Shown here in pieces: positions 1 through 10,428 of a DNA stretch of 64,000 bases; within the stretch, counting starts at the first letter, position 1, and every line of letters begins with the position of its first letter. A program made the position numbers and the translations under genes. The notes under the pieces were generated by a model. It did no database searches and was not told the DNA's origin. It saw nothing but the letters and a program-made list of their open reading frames with translations. This stretch comes from Alphaproteobacteria bacterium (GTDB taxonomy: Bacteria > Pseudomonadota > Alphaproteobacteria > MPNO01). The stretch covers positions 1,984,001-2,048,000 of the forward strand of contig CBDFLJ010000002.1 in NCBI GenBank assembly GCA_965248835.1, read 5' to 3'.

Positions 1-1449
1 GACCGTCTCGCCCATGCCGAGGCCGTAGAGCGCAGCGGTGGTCGAGAGCATCTCGCGCATGCCCGGCCCGCCCTTCGGCCCTTCGTAGCGGATCACCATC
101 ACCTCGCCCGCCTTGATCTTACGGGCGACGACCGCGTCGAAGGCGTCTTCCTCGCAATCGAAGATCCGCGCCGGCCCGGTGAAACTGAGGGTACCAAGCC
201 CCGCGACCTTCACGATCGCACCCTCGGGCGCCAAGTTGCCCTTGAGCCCGACCACACCGCCGGTCGGCGACAACGGCTTGGACGCCCGATGGAAGACGTC
301 CTGGTTCCCGGGGAACTTCACCTTCCGGTAGTTCTCGGCGAGGGTCTTGCCGGTGACCGTGACGCAATCGCCGTCCAACAGGCCGGCGTCGAGAAGCTCC
401 TTGATCACCACCGGCACGCCGCCGGCTTCGTGCATTGCAAGGGCGGTGTGTTTGCCGCCGGGCATCAGATCGGCGATATAGGGCGTCGCCTTGAAGAGCC
501 TCGCGACGTCGTCGAGCGTGTAGTCGATGCCGGCCTCGTGGGCGATGGCCGGCAGGTGGAGCGCCGCGTTGGTCGAACCGCCGGTCGCCGCGACAACCTT
601 GGCGGCGTTGTCCAGCGCTTTCCGGGTGACGATGTCGCGCGGGCGCAATCCACTGCGCAGCAGGTCCATCACCGCGCCGCCCGAGGCCTCCACCATCGCA
701 TCGCGCGATTCGTAGACCGCCGGCGCACCGGCCGAGCTCGGCAGCGCCAGGCCGATCGCCTCGGAGACGCAGGCCATCGTGTTGGCGGTGAACTGGCCGC
801 CGCAGGAGCCGGCGCAGGGGCACGCCGCCTCTTCCAGTTCGTCGAGATCGGCGCGCGACATGTTGCCGGCCGCATGTTGGCCGACCCCTTCGAAGACATC
901 GACGATGGTCACGTCGCGGCCCCGGAACTTCCCGGGCAGGATGGTCCCGCCATAGACGAAGACCGCCGGCACGTTGAGCCGGACCATCGCCATCATCATG
1001 CCGGGCAGCGACTTGTCGCAGCCGGCGAGCCCGACCAGCGCGTCGTAGCAGTGCCCGCGCATGGTCAGCTCGACCGAGTCCGCGATCAGGTCGCGGCTGA
1101 CCAGCGACGACTTCATGCCGGCATGGCCCATCGCGATGCCGTCGGTAACGGTGATGGTCGTGAACTCGCGCGGCGTGCCGCCGGCCTCGGCGACGCCGCG
1201 CTTGGCGGCCTGGGCCTGGCGCGACAGCGAGATGTTGCACGGCGCGGCCTCGTTCCAGCAGGTCGCGACCCCGACCAGCGGCTGGTGGATTTCCTTCTCG
1301 CCCAGCCCCATCGCGTAGAGGAACGCCCGATGCGGCGCCCGCTCCGGGCCCTCCGTCACATGCCGGCTGGGCAGCTTCGCCTTGTCGAACGCCGAGCGCC
1401 GCCTCGGCCTGGACCTGGTCTTGGACTTGCGGGTCGTCCCGTCGGGCAT
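1..1449 (-). CDS. ilvD: Dihydroxy-acid dehydratase (3' end runs off the window)
   Basis: Manual translation of a frame absent from the ORF track: ATG at 1449, then ...[18 protein letters not shown]...WNEAAPCN...[10 protein letters not shown]...GCDKSLPG...[12 protein letters not shown]...GGSTN...[14 protein letters not shown]; AGAGGA upstream. Confidence 0.96.
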   Translation of the reverse strand, partial: MPDGTTRKSKTRSRPRRRSAFDKAKLPSRHVTEGPERAPHRAFLYAMGLGEKEIHQPLVGVATCWNEAAPCNISLSRQAQAAKRGVAEAGGTPREFTTITVTDGIAMGHAGMKSSLVSRDLIADSVELTMRGHCYDALVGLAGCDKSLPGMMMAMVRLNVPAVFVYGGTILPGKFRGRDVTIVDVFEGVGQHAAGNMSRADLDELEEAACPCAGSCGGQFTANTMACVSEAIGLALPSSAGAPAVYESRDAMVEASGGAVMDLLRSGLRPRDIVTRKALDNAAKVVAATGGSTNAALHLPAIAHEAGIDYTLDDVARLFKATPYIADLMPGGKHTALAMHEAGGVPVVIKELLDAGLLDGDCVTVTGKTLAENYRKVKFPGNQDVFHRASKPLSPTGGVVGLKGNLAPEGAIVKVAGLGTLSFTGPARIFDCEEDAFDAVVARKIKAGEVMVIRYEGPKGGPGMREMLSTTAALYGLGMGETV

Positions 1450-1623
1450 CTGATCCTCTGTGTTCCGTTGGCCTCGTTGCGCCGACCATAGCCGCCGCGG
1501 CGCCGGCGCCACAAGCCGCAGGATCGTTTCGTCGAACCGATGCGGGGATGCCATAAAATGGCACAGTGAATGGACCCGCGGCGATGTGCGCTCAGGCCGT
1601 CGGTCGGGTATCGGGAGAACGGG

Positions 1624-2422
1624 ATATTTGTGCGAAACGCGTGGTATGTCGCAGCCTGGGGACAGGAAGTCAGCGCCGCGCCTGTGGCGCGCTCGCCGCT
1701 CGGCGAGCCGGTGGTGCTGTTTCGCGGCGAGGACGGGGCGCCGGTCGCGCTCGAGGACCGGTGCTGCCCCGGCAATTACCGCTCTCGATGGGCCGGGTGC
1801 GCGGCCGGGTGCCCGAATGCGGCTACCACGGGCTGCGCTTTGCAAACGACGGAAGCTGCGTCTCGGTTCCCGGACAGAGCCAGGTCCCGCCCGGTGCGGC
1901 GGTGCGAAGCTATCCCCTGGTCGAGCGGCTGGGCTGGATCTGGATCTGGATGGGCGATCCGGCAAAGGCCGGAGACGGCCGCATCCCCGACTGGTGGTTC
2001 ATGGACCACCCCGACTGGAAGACCATATCGGGCAACGGCGCCGCACCGATCCATACCAGGTGCAACTACGCGCTGATCAACCACAACCTCCTTGACCTCA
2101 GCCATATCGGCATGGCGGGCGTGACGGCGACGGCGGCCGCCGGATCGCCTGTCACGCGGTCAACGTCGCGACGCCCGAGACCGGGACGACGAGCCATTTA
2201 TTCTACGGCCACGCCCGCAGCTTCCAGACCGAGAGTCCGGAGTGGGACGAAGTCTTCCGGCGCGACTATCGCCGCATCTACATGGAAGATGTCGCCATCC
2301 TCGAAGCGCAGCAGGCTTCGCTCGACCGGAACCCGGACGGGGACATGGTCGATATCGACGTCGACGCGCCGGGCATCGCGCTGCGCAGCCTGATTGAGGA
2401 GCGCATCGCCGCCGGGGGCTGA
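1624..2422 (+). pseudogene. Rieske non-heme iron oxygenase alpha subunit (VanA-like), pseudogene
   Basis: (I)FVRNAWYVAAW with ATA where ATG is expected; EDRCC then a 1-nt deletion at about 1768 removes the Rieske His; next frame has CGYHG and NLLDLSH; internal deletion near 2110; third frame gives TPET...EDVAILEAQQ...DAPG to TGA 2420-2422. Confidence 0.88.
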
Positions 2423-2454
2423 GGCGCGCAAGCCGACATTTCCGCGTCCCCTCT

Positions 2455-5118
2455 TCAGGCCGCGGCGAGACGGTCGAGCGCCTCGGACAGCTTGGTTCTG
2501 GACAGCTCCAGCTCGACCAACCGCTCGCGTTGCTCCTCGACGACCTCTTCGGGGGCACGCGCGATGAAGTTCCGGTTGGCCAGCTTGGCGTCGATCTTGC
2601 CGATCTCGCCGGACAGCTTGTGCAGCGCACGCTCCAGCCGCGCGCGCTCTTGCGCGATGTCGATCACTTCGCCGACCGGCAGGGCGTAGACCGCCTCATC
2701 GACGACCGCCTGGACGACGCCCTTGGGCAGTGCGGTGTCTTCGGAAAGCGTGGTGTCGTTCAGCCTCGCCAAGCGATGGATCAGCTCGCGGTGACGCGCG
2801 AGCCGCTCCGTGGTCGCCGTGCTGGCGCCGCGCACCAGCATCGACAGCCTGGCACCGGGCGGCACGTTGAGCTCCGATCGCACCGCGCGGATCTCGGAAA
2901 CCAGGCGGACGAGCCAATCCATTTCGGCCTTCACCTGTCCATCGATCAAGGAGCTGGACAGGCTCGGCCAGCGCCCGTTGATCAACAGGTTCGCACGCGG
3001 CGCGTCCGGCGGCGCGAGGCTGGCCCACAGCGCCTCGGTCACGAACGGCATGATCGGATGCAACAGGTGCAGGAGCGAGTCCAGCACCCAGGCCGTGGTT
3101 GCGCGCACCTCGCGGCCGTCCTCGTGCGCAGCTTCGGCGAGGATCGGCTTGGTGAACTCCAGATACCAGTCGCAGAACGTGTGCCAGGTGAACTGGTAGA
3201 GCGCCTGGGCGACATCGTTGAACCGGTAGGCCTCGATGCTCTGCGCGGCAGCGGCCGCCGCCGCCGAAAGCTCGCCCGCGATCCAGCGGTTCACGGCCAA
3301 CCGGCAGGCGGCCGGATCGAACCCCGCCTCGGGATGGCACGCGTTCATCTGCGCATAGCGTGCGGCGTTCCAGATCTTGGTGACGAAATTGCGGTAGCCT
3401 GCCACCCGCCCCGCCGACAGCTTGATATCGCGGCCCTGGGCCGCCAGCGCCGTCAGCGTGAACCGCAGCGCATCGGCGCCGTACTGGTCGATCAAATCCA
3501 GCGGATCGAGCACGTTGCCCTTTGACTTGGACATCTTCTGGCCGTGCTCGTCGCGGACCAGGGCATGGATGTAGACTGTCCTGAAGGGCACCTGCTTGCG
3601 GAAATGCAGCCCCATCATCACCATCCTGGCGACCCAGAAGAAAATGATGTCGAAGCCGGTGACCAGCACGTCGGTCGGATAGTAGCGCGCGAGCGCCGGG
3701 GTCTCCTCCGGCCAGCCGAGCGTCGAGAACGGCCAGAGCGCCGACGAGAACCAGGTATCGAGAACGTCGGTCTCGCGCTCCAGCGCGACCGGCTCGCCGT
3801 AGTGGGCGCGCGCGGCCTCGACCGCTTCCTGCTCGGTCTGCTCGACGAAGATCTCGCCGTCGGGCCCATACCACGCCGGGATCCGATGGCCCCACCAGAT
3901 CTGGCGCGAAACGCACCAGGGCTGTATGTTGCGCATCCACTCGAAATAGGTCCGCTCCCAGTGCCTGGGGACGAATTCGATCCCGCCGGTCTCGACCGCT
4001 TCGATCGCCGGCTTGGCCAGCGCCTGGGCATCGACGAACCACTGATCGGTCAGCATCGGCTCGATGATCACGCCCGACCGGTCGCCGTAGGGGATGGTCA
4101 TCGGGTTGTCTTCGATATCGCCCAACGCGCCTTCGGCCTCGAGCAGTGCGAGCACCGCCTCGCGCGCTTGCTCTCGGCTCAATCCGCACATCTTTTCAGG
4201 GACTTGATCGTTGAGCCTCGCATCTTGATCGAAGATGCTGATCATCTCCAGCCCGTGGCGGCGGCCGACCTCGAAGTCGTTGAAGTCGTGCGCCGGGGTG
4301 ATCTTGACCGCACCCGATCCCTTGTCCGGGTCGCTGTACTCATCGGCGATGATCGGGATGCGGCGGCCGGTGATCGGCAGGATCACACGCTCGCCGACCA
4401 AGTGGCGGTAGCGATCGTCTTCAGGGTGCACCGCAACCGCGGTGTCGCCCAGCATGGTCTCCGGCCGGGTCGTGGCTACGCTCACGCTCGCACCGCCGCC
4501 GTTCTCGACCGGGTAGCGGATGTACCAGAGCTTGCCCTTGACCGCGCGCTGCTCGACTTCGAGGTCCGAGATCGCCGTGTGGAGCTTGGGGTCCCAGTTG
4601 ACCAGGCGCTTGTCACGGTAGATCAGCCCCTCCTTGTAGAGGCTTATGAAAACACGCTGAACGGCCTCGGACAGGCCGTCGTCCATGGTGAACCGCTCGC
4701 GTGACCAGTCACAGGATGCGCCAAGCCGGCGGAGCTGGTCGGTGATCGTGCCGCCGGAGGCCGCTTTCCATTGCCAGATGCGCTCGATGAAGGCCTCGCG
4801 GCCCAGGTCGTGGCGGGTCTTGCCCTGCTCCTCGAGCTGACGCTCGACGACCATCTGGGTTGCGATGCCGGCGTGGTCGGTGCCGGGCTGCCACAGCGCA
4901 TCGCGGCCGGTCATCCGCGCGTAGCGGGTGAGGATGTCCTGCAAGGTGTTGTTGAGCGCATGGCCCATATGCAGCCGGCCGGTGACGTTCGGCGGCGGGA
5001 TGACGATCGAATAGGGCGCGCCCGGGCGCCCGCAGGCGAACGCGCCGGCGGCTTCCCAGCGGTCATAGATCCGCTGTTCGACGTCTTCGGGTCGATAGGT
5101 CTTGTCCAACGCGGCCAT
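2455..5118 (-). CDS. valS: Valine--tRNA ligase
   Basis: PPPNVTGRLHMGHA (HIGH), KMSKS, ATTRPET, C-terminal coiled coil; 887 aa. Confidence 0.99.
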   Translation of the reverse strand: MAALDKTYRPEDVEQRIYDRWEAAGAFACGRPGAPYSIVIPPPNVTGRLHMGHALNNTLQDILTRYARMTGRDALWQPGTDHAGIATQMVVERQLEEQGKTRHDLGREAFIERIWQWKAASGGTITDQLRRLGASCDWSRERFTMDDGLSEAVQRVFISLYKEGLIYRDKRLVNWDPKLHTAISDLEVEQRAVKGKLWYIRYPVENGGGASVSVATTRPETMLGDTAVAVHPEDDRYRHLVGERVILPITGRRIPIIADEYSDPDKGSGAVKITPAHDFNDFEVGRRHGLEMISIFDQDARLNDQVPEKMCGLSREQAREAVLALLEAEGALGDIEDNPMTIPYGDRSGVIIEPMLTDQWFVDAQALAKPAIEAVETGGIEFVPRHWERTYFEWMRNIQPWCVSRQIWWGHRIPAWYGPDGEIFVEQTEQEAVEAARAHYGEPVALERETDVLDTWFSSALWPFSTLGWPEETPALARYYPTDVLVTGFDIIFFWVARMVMMGLHFRKQVPFRTVYIHALVRDEHGQKMSKSKGNVLDPLDLIDQYGADALRFTLTALAAQGRDIKLSAGRVAGYRNFVTKIWNAARYAQMNACHPEAGFDPAACRLAVNRWIAGELSAAAAAAAQSIEAYRFNDVAQALYQFTWHTFCDWYLEFTKPILAEAAHEDGREVRATTAWVLDSLLHLLHPIMPFVTEALWASLAPPDAPRANLLINGRWPSLSSSLIDGQVKAEMDWLVRLVSEIRAVRSELNVPPGARLSMLVRGASTATTERLARHRELIHRLARLNDTTLSEDTALPKGVVQAVVDEAVYALPVGEVIDIAQERARLERALHKLSGEIGKIDAKLANRNFIARAPEEVVEEQRERLVELELSRTKLSEALDRLAAA

Positions 5119-5125
5119 CGGGCGA

Positions 5126-5617
5126 TCAGCAGTCGGCGCCGTCCTCGGCTCGGCGGGTCCTGAGGTCGATCTCGCGGCCGATCATCCGCTCGACCAGCCG
5201 GGGCAGGTTCTCGTCAAGCCATTCTCTGACGATCGGCCGGACGACATCCTCGACGACCTCCTCGACCGTCCGTCCGCCGACGCCCGCTTCGACGCGCTCG
5301 CCGGCGGCCGCTTGGGCAAACGCCTCGAACGAAGCGGTCGATGCCGCAGGCGCCGACTCGGCCGGGTCCGGCTCCTCGCCATGCTCGACCGCGACCGGCT
5401 CCGGGGCGTCGTGTGCGTGGATTGCCGCCCCGGTCGTGATGTCGACCACCGTGCCGTCGTCACGGACCTCCCGGGTCAGCTCGAAAACGTCGTCCCCGGG
5501 CGCCGGGTCCGGCGCCTCGGCGGTCAGCGGCCCGGTCTCGTCCTCGGAGATGATCCGACGAATCGACGCCAGGATCTCTTCCATGGAAGGTTCCTGGTCC
5601 GGCTTTGTCTCGCTCAT
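5126..5617 (-). CDS. popZ: Polar organizing protein PopZ (DUF2497)
   Basis: N-terminal EPSMEEILASIRRIISED, acidic Pro-rich linker, C-terminal RPIVREWLDENLPRLVE; lies between tolC and valS. Confidence 0.93.
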   Translation of the reverse strand: MSETKPDQEPSMEEILASIRRIISEDETGPLTAEAPDPAPGDDVFELTREVRDDGTVVDITTGAAIHAHDAPEPVAVEHGEEPDPAESAPAASTASFEAFAQAAAGERVEAGVGGRTVEEVVEDVVRPIVREWLDENLPRLVERMIGREIDLRTRRAEDGADC

Positions 5618-5692
5618 GATGGGATCTTTCGTCTCGACCGGGCGGGAACTGACGCGCGCCGTCGGCGGTGCCGGTTCGCGCGACCGGCCCGG

Positions 5693-7072
5693 TCACTCCT
5701 CGATGTCCGTTCCGTACCAGCGGCGGCGGACGGCGCGGTAGTTCTTCTCCGGATCGTAGAGCGCGACCTCCAGGCCCAGGCTCTGCGCGGTAAGCTGTCC
5801 GACGGCGGCGCGGAGCGTATAGCTGGCCACGACCAGATTGCGCCGCGCGCGGACCAGATTGACCCTGGCATCGAGCAGTTCCTGCTCGGCATCAAGCACG
5901 TCGAGCACGGTTCGGGAGCCCACCAGGGCCTCCTGCTCGACTCCTTCCAGGGCGATTGTGGTCGCCCTGACCTGGTCGCTGAATGCGCTGATCTGCGCCC
6001 GCGCGGTGACGTAGTCCTCCCAGGACGATGTCGCGTTGTCGATGGCATCGCGCAGCGCCTGGCTGCGGTCGTTGCGCAGCCGTCCGACATCGTGCTTGGC
6101 GGCGCGAATGCGCGATGACACTTGACCGGACTGATAGAGCGGCACCGTCACCCGCGCGGTCAGCGAGACCGAGTCCGATTCGCTTTGCCGCGTGGCGGTG
6201 TCGTAGCTTCGGCCCGCGCTCGCCCGGAGCGCCACCGAAGGACGCAGTTCGCCGGATACCTGGTCGACGAACGCCCGTGCCGCCCGTTCCGTGTAGTCGG
6301 CGACCAGCAGGCCGAAATTGCTCGCCTTCGCCTGCTCCACCGCCTCGGCCTCGCCGGCCGGGAGGTCCTGCAACGGCGCGACAGTCTCAAGGTCGGCCGG
6401 CGCAACGCCGATGACGTTGATGAAGTCGGCCCGCGAGTCGACCAGCACGCCGCGCGCGCTCGCCAGATCCGCGGTCGCGCGCGATAGCCGCGACTCCGCC
6501 TGGGCGACATCGGTCCTGGTCACCTCGCCGACTCGGAACCGGTCGCGCGTCGCCTCGAGCTGACGCGCGAGGACCCGCTCGTTGTTCTCGTTGAGTTCGA
6601 TCACCGCCCGGTCGCGCACCACGTTCGTGTAGGCGGTCACCGCATCGAGGAGCACGTTCTGCTCCTCCGAGGAGAGCCGGGCCCGGTTGGCGAGGACCTC
6701 GTTCTTGCGCCGTTGGACCTCGGCCGCGGTCCGCCCGCCGCGGTAGACGTTTTGATCGACGGCGATTTCCGCCGTGCGCGGGTAGGTGGTGGACGTGCGC
6801 TTGCTCGCCCCGGTGACCGTCGAATTGGTGTGAGTGGCGCTCGCGCGGCCTTCGATGACCAGACGCGGCCGCCAATTGGCCTCCGCCTGGTTCACCAGCT
6901 CGTCCGTCGCTCTCACCTGGGCGCGCCGGGACTCGATCCTCGGGTTGTTCTCGTAGGCCATGATCAGCGCATCGCGCAACCGCTGCGCCGAGGCGGGGCC
7001 GGGCATCAGCCCGAGCGCGCCGGCGGCGGTCACGCAAACGACGAACACCGCCAGAAACGTGCGGCAGGTCAT
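5693..7072 (-). CDS. tolC: TolC-family type I secretion outer membrane protein
   Basis: Signal peptide MTCRTFLAVF..., RFRVGEVTRTDVAQA, VGSRTVLDVLDAEQEL; ATG overlaps the pcm stop (ATGA). Confidence 0.93.
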   Translation of the reverse strand: MTCRTFLAVFVVCVTAAGALGLMPGPASAQRLRDALIMAYENNPRIESRRAQVRATDELVNQAEANWRPRLVIEGRASATHTNSTVTGASKRTSTTYPRTAEIAVDQNVYRGGRTAAEVQRRKNEVLANRARLSSEEQNVLLDAVTAYTNVVRDRAVIELNENNERVLARQLEATRDRFRVGEVTRTDVAQAESRLSRATADLASARGVLVDSRADFINVIGVAPADLETVAPLQDLPAGEAEAVEQAKASNFGLLVADYTERAARAFVDQVSGELRPSVALRASAGRSYDTATRQSESDSVSLTARVTVPLYQSGQVSSRIRAAKHDVGRLRNDRSQALRDAIDNATSSWEDYVTARAQISAFSDQVRATTIALEGVEQEALVGSRTVLDVLDAEQELLDARVNLVRARRNLVVASYTLRAAVGQLTAQSLGLEVALYDPEKNYRAVRRRWYGTDIEE

Positions 7073-7725
7073 AGCACGAACCCCTTCTCGACCTCGAAAC
7101 CGGGCAGCACCGGCGTATTGGCATCGAACACGGCGCGGCGGGAGACGACACCGCCGATCCGCGTCGCCAGGACCGCGCGGCCTACGCCGCCCGGCGGCCT
7201 GACGATCGCGGCCAGCCGTCCGCCGTCGGCAATCTGGTCGGTCAGCGTCTGCGACAGCTCGGGGACGGCCCCGCTCAGCAGGATCGCATTGTACGGCGCC
7301 TGGTCGGGGTAGCCGGCCGCGAGCGGGCCGTCGACGACGACGACGTTGTCCACGCCGAGCTGCGAAAAATTGGCCTGGGCGTTGTCGGCGAGCGCGGCAT
7401 CGGCCTCGACCGCCACGACCGTCGAGGCCAGCCGCGCGAGAATCGCCGAGGAATAGCCGCTGCCGCAGCCGATATCGAGCACGATGTCGGTGGGCCTGAT
7501 ATCGAGCGATTCGACGAGCCGCGCGAACACCATCGGCTCCATCAGATGGCGGCGGTTGCCGCAATCGATGTCCTCATCGACATAGGCCACCGCACGCATC
7601 GGCTCGGGGACGAATATCTCGCGCGGCGTCTCGGAGAGTGCGGCGACAAGCGCGGTCCCGAACACCTTGTTGGTGCGGATCTGGCTGTTGACCATATGCA
7701 GCCGCGCGGCGGCGAAGTCGGCCAT
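7069..7725 (-). CDS. pcm: Protein-L-isoaspartate O-methyltransferase
   Basis: MADFAAARLHMVNSQIRT, PREIFVP, SAM motif VLDIGCGSGYSSA; AAAGGA RBS. Confidence 0.93.
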   Translation of the reverse strand: MADFAAARLHMVNSQIRTNKVFGTALVAALSETPREIFVPEPMRAVAYVDEDIDCGNRRHLMEPMVFARLVESLDIRPTDIVLDIGCGSGYSSAILARLASTVVAVEADAALADNAQANFSQLGVDNVVVVDGPLAAGYPDQAPYNAILLSGAVPELSQTLTDQIADGGRLAAIVRPPGGVGRAVLATRIGGVVSRRAVFDANTPVLPGFEVEKGFVL

Positions 7726-7964
7726 CGATTCCTTTCCGCTCAGGCACCGCCGCGCCGGCGGCCCGTTCTGTGGCGCGGCACGGTCCGACCCGGACACGGG
7801 GTTTGCCATGGAGCTACAGGAAATTCACCACGACATCGACAACGGCGCAACCCCCGGCCGGCGTTGCCGGTTTACCGCGGGTTTTTGCCGACCGAACGGC
7901 AAGGACGTTTCACCCGGCGCGATTTTGACGTAAAAGACCGCCTCTCACGGCGCGAATCTGCCGA

Positions 7965-8038
7965 GGCCCGGTGGGAGAGTGGCGATCCAGCGGACTGCAA
8001 ATCCGTTCACAGCGGTTCGAATCCGCTCCGGGCCTCCA
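7965..8038 (+). tRNA. tRNA-Cys (GCA)
   Basis: GGCCCGG/CCGGGCC acceptor stem, anticodon loop CT-GCA-AA, GGTTCGAATCC T-arm, U73 discriminator and encoded CCA. Confidence 0.96.
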
Positions 8039-8143
8039 GATTCCCGCACCAGAGTCCCGTACCGCCGCGGCGGCGGGGTGCCAATTCCGAACAAGCCGGC
8101 GTATAGTCCTGCCCAAGCCTGAAGACGTGGAGAGGAATGATCC

Positions 8144-9106
8144 ATGCCCGATACGGCGCAGATTGACCAGGTCGGCTCTCTCGAAGACCTCTATACTGTC
8201 CTCGGCACGATGGAGATGACGCCGGGGTGGATCGACCGCGAAACGCCGATCCTGTGGCGTGAGCCGGAAAGCGTCTTCAAGCCGTCGCACTGGCGCTATG
8301 CCGATTGCCGGGCCGCGCTGGATGCAGCCGGCCGGCTGATCAACACCGAGCTTGCCGAGCGCCGCAACCTGGTGATGCGCAGCCCCTTGGAGGGCAACGA
8401 GATCGCCACCACGCGCAGCCTGGTGGCGGCCTACCAGATGATCCTGCCGGGCGAGACGGCGCGCTCCCACCGCCACGCGCCGCATGCGCTGCGGGTGATC
8501 ATCGAGGCCGAGGGCGCCTATTCGACCGTCAACGGCGTCAAGACGCCGATGGACACCGGCGATGTGGTGCTCACCCCGGGTTGGCAATGGCACGGTCACG
8601 GCCACGACGGCGACGTGCCGGCCTACTGGTTCGACGGTCTGGACGTCCCGCTGGTGCACCTGCTGGAGCCGATGTTCGTCGAGGACCATCCCGACGGCTT
8701 CGAGCATGTCGAGGTGGTCACCGAGGACTCGCCGCTTCGCTTTTCCTGGGACGCGATCTGCCGCGCACTCGACGGCGCGAAGCCCGACCCGGACCAGGTC
8801 CACGGCACGGCGGTCAATCTCGCGGCGCCCGACATGCCGACGATGGGGCTCTACGTCCATCGCTTCGAGTCGGGCAGCCGATCGCGGCGCGAACGCTCGA
8901 CCACCAACGCCGTCTTCTGCGTCATGGCGGGCAGCGGGACGACCACGGTCGGCGGCGAGCCGATCGAATGGTCGCGCGGCGACAGCTTCTCGGCGCCGAT
9001 GTGGCATTGGATCGAGCACTTCGCCCACGAGGACTCGGTGGTCTTCCGGATGACCGACGAGCCGCTGATGCGGTTCGCCAAATACTACCGCCAGGAGATC
9101 GAGTAG
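8144..9106 (+). CDS. Gentisate 1,2-dioxygenase-like bicupin
   Basis: AERRNL, AYQMILPGETARSHRH, LTPGWQWHGH (3-His iron site), second cupin GDSFSAPMWHW. Confidence 0.85.
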   Translation: MPDTAQIDQVGSLEDLYTVLGTMEMTPGWIDRETPILWREPESVFKPSHWRYADCRAALDAAGRLINTELAERRNLVMRSPLEGNEIATTRSLVAAYQMILPGETARSHRHAPHALRVIIEAEGAYSTVNGVKTPMDTGDVVLTPGWQWHGHGHDGDVPAYWFDGLDVPLVHLLEPMFVEDHPDGFEHVEVVTEDSPLRFSWDAICRALDGAKPDPDQVHGTAVNLAAPDMPTMGLYVHRFESGSRSRRERSTTNAVFCVMAGSGTTTVGGEPIEWSRGDSFSAPMWHWIEHFAHEDSVVFRMTDEPLMRFAKYYRQEIE

Positions 9107-9123
9107 CGCATCGGCGGGACCGC

Positions 9124-10428
9124 TCAGGCGGGCGTTCCGCGCCGGTCGACAAAGCGGTTCTGCTTGATCTGGCCGACGAATTCCCGCTCCAGGGTGCCCG
9201 GTTCGATGATCGTCACCTCGGGGGTGAGCTCGAAGGTGCGCTTGATCGCCGCCGACAGCGCCTCGCCGGCGGATACGGGTTCGTGGCCTTGGGCGAGCTC
9301 GACCGAGACGACCAGCGAATCCAGCGTTTCGGTCTCCACCGCCTCGACCTTGAAATCGCTGACGCCGTCCTGCCGATAGAGGAAATCCTCGATATCGGCC
9401 TGATTGATATTGATCCCGCGGACCTTGAAGAAGCCCGCCGTGCGCGCGGCATGGCGGATCATCGGAAATACCGAGAACCGGCCTTCGGTCCGACCGCGCT
9501 CGACATAACGGACGTAATCGCCGGAGTCCCAGCGCAGGAACGGGGTGATCGTGTTGTTCCAAAGCGGCGTGAAGACCAGCAGGCCCATCTCGCCCTCGGC
9601 CACCGGCTCATGGGTGGTCTCGTCGACAACCTCGATCTCGTACATGTCGGTCCAGATATGCATCCCGTCATGGCATTCGGACTCGCTTGCCATGGCGGTG
9701 CCTTCGGTGCAGCCGAACTGATCGAACAGCCGCACGCCCCAGATCCGCTCGAGCCGCTCGCGCTTGCCGAGCGAGACCGGCTCGGCCGCGGTCAGCAGCT
9801 TGGTGACCGTGCTGGAGGCGAGGTCGATCCCCGCCCTCTCGGCGTTCTGGCCGAGCTGCAGCAGGTAGCTCGCCATGCCGGCCACCGCGGTGGGGCGCAG
9901 CGTATCGATCAGCTCGAGCTGCAGTGCCGAGGGGGTGTTGCTGCCCGCACCGCAGGTGACCACGCCGATGCCGAGCGCGTTCGCCGCCCGGGCGTAGAGC
10001 ATCCCCACCGGATGGATCCCCAGCGGGAAGGAGACGTGCATCAGGTCGCCCGGGCCAAGCCCCGCGGCAAGCAGAAGCCGCCGGAACCCTTCCAGCCCGT
10101 AGTGCATGTCCTCGACCGAGCGCGGATAGAACAGCGGCCGGCCGGTCGCGCCGCCCGAGCGCCAGAACTCGATCGCCGCCGACCGGGGACCGATGCAGAA
10201 ATCCTCGTGGAAGCGCGCGGGCTCCAGCGCCCTGAGCTGGTCCTTGGTCATCACCGGGATCTTGAGCCATTCCTCGGCCCGGTCGAGACGGTCGAGATCG
10301 ATGTGATCGAGCCGTCCCCGGAAGAACGCCGATTGCCGCGCACGCGCGACCGCAAGGCGTTTGCGTTCGCGGTTCCGGCCGGCGATCTCGGCGCGCGATG
10401 TCGGAAACGGCAGGTCGGGAAACGCCAT
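9124..10428 (-). CDS. Phenylacetate-CoA ligase (PaaK)-family protein
   Basis: IPVMTKDQLR, RSGGATGRP, DQFGCTE, PFLRWDSGD, KVRGINI; start coupled to the upstream stop (TGATG). Confidence 0.85.
   Translation of the reverse strand: MAFPDLPFPTSRAEIAGRNRERKRLAVARARQSAFFRGRLDHIDLDRLDRAEEWLKIPVMTKDQLRALEPARFHEDFCIGPRSAAIEFWRSGGATGRPLFYPRSVEDMHYGLEGFRRLLLAAGLGPGDLMHVSFPLGIHPVGMLYARAANALGIGVVTCGAGSNTPSALQLELIDTLRPTAVAGMASYLLQLGQNAERAGIDLASSTVTKLLTAAEPVSLGKRERLERIWGVRLFDQFGCTEGTAMASESECHDGMHIWTDMYEIEVVDETTHEPVAEGEMGLLVFTPLWNNTITPFLRWDSGDYVRYVERGRTEGRFSVFPMIRHAARTAGFFKVRGININQADIEDFLYRQDGVSDFKVEAVETETLDSLVVSVELAQGHEPVSAGEALSAAIKRTFELTPEVTIIEPGTLEREFVGQIKQNRFVDRRGTPA

Noticed and set aside
1560-1575. Sigma-54 promoter (TGGCAC) upstream of the Rieske pseudogene
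   Set aside because: The -12 element reads ATGGA rather than TTGC(A/T)
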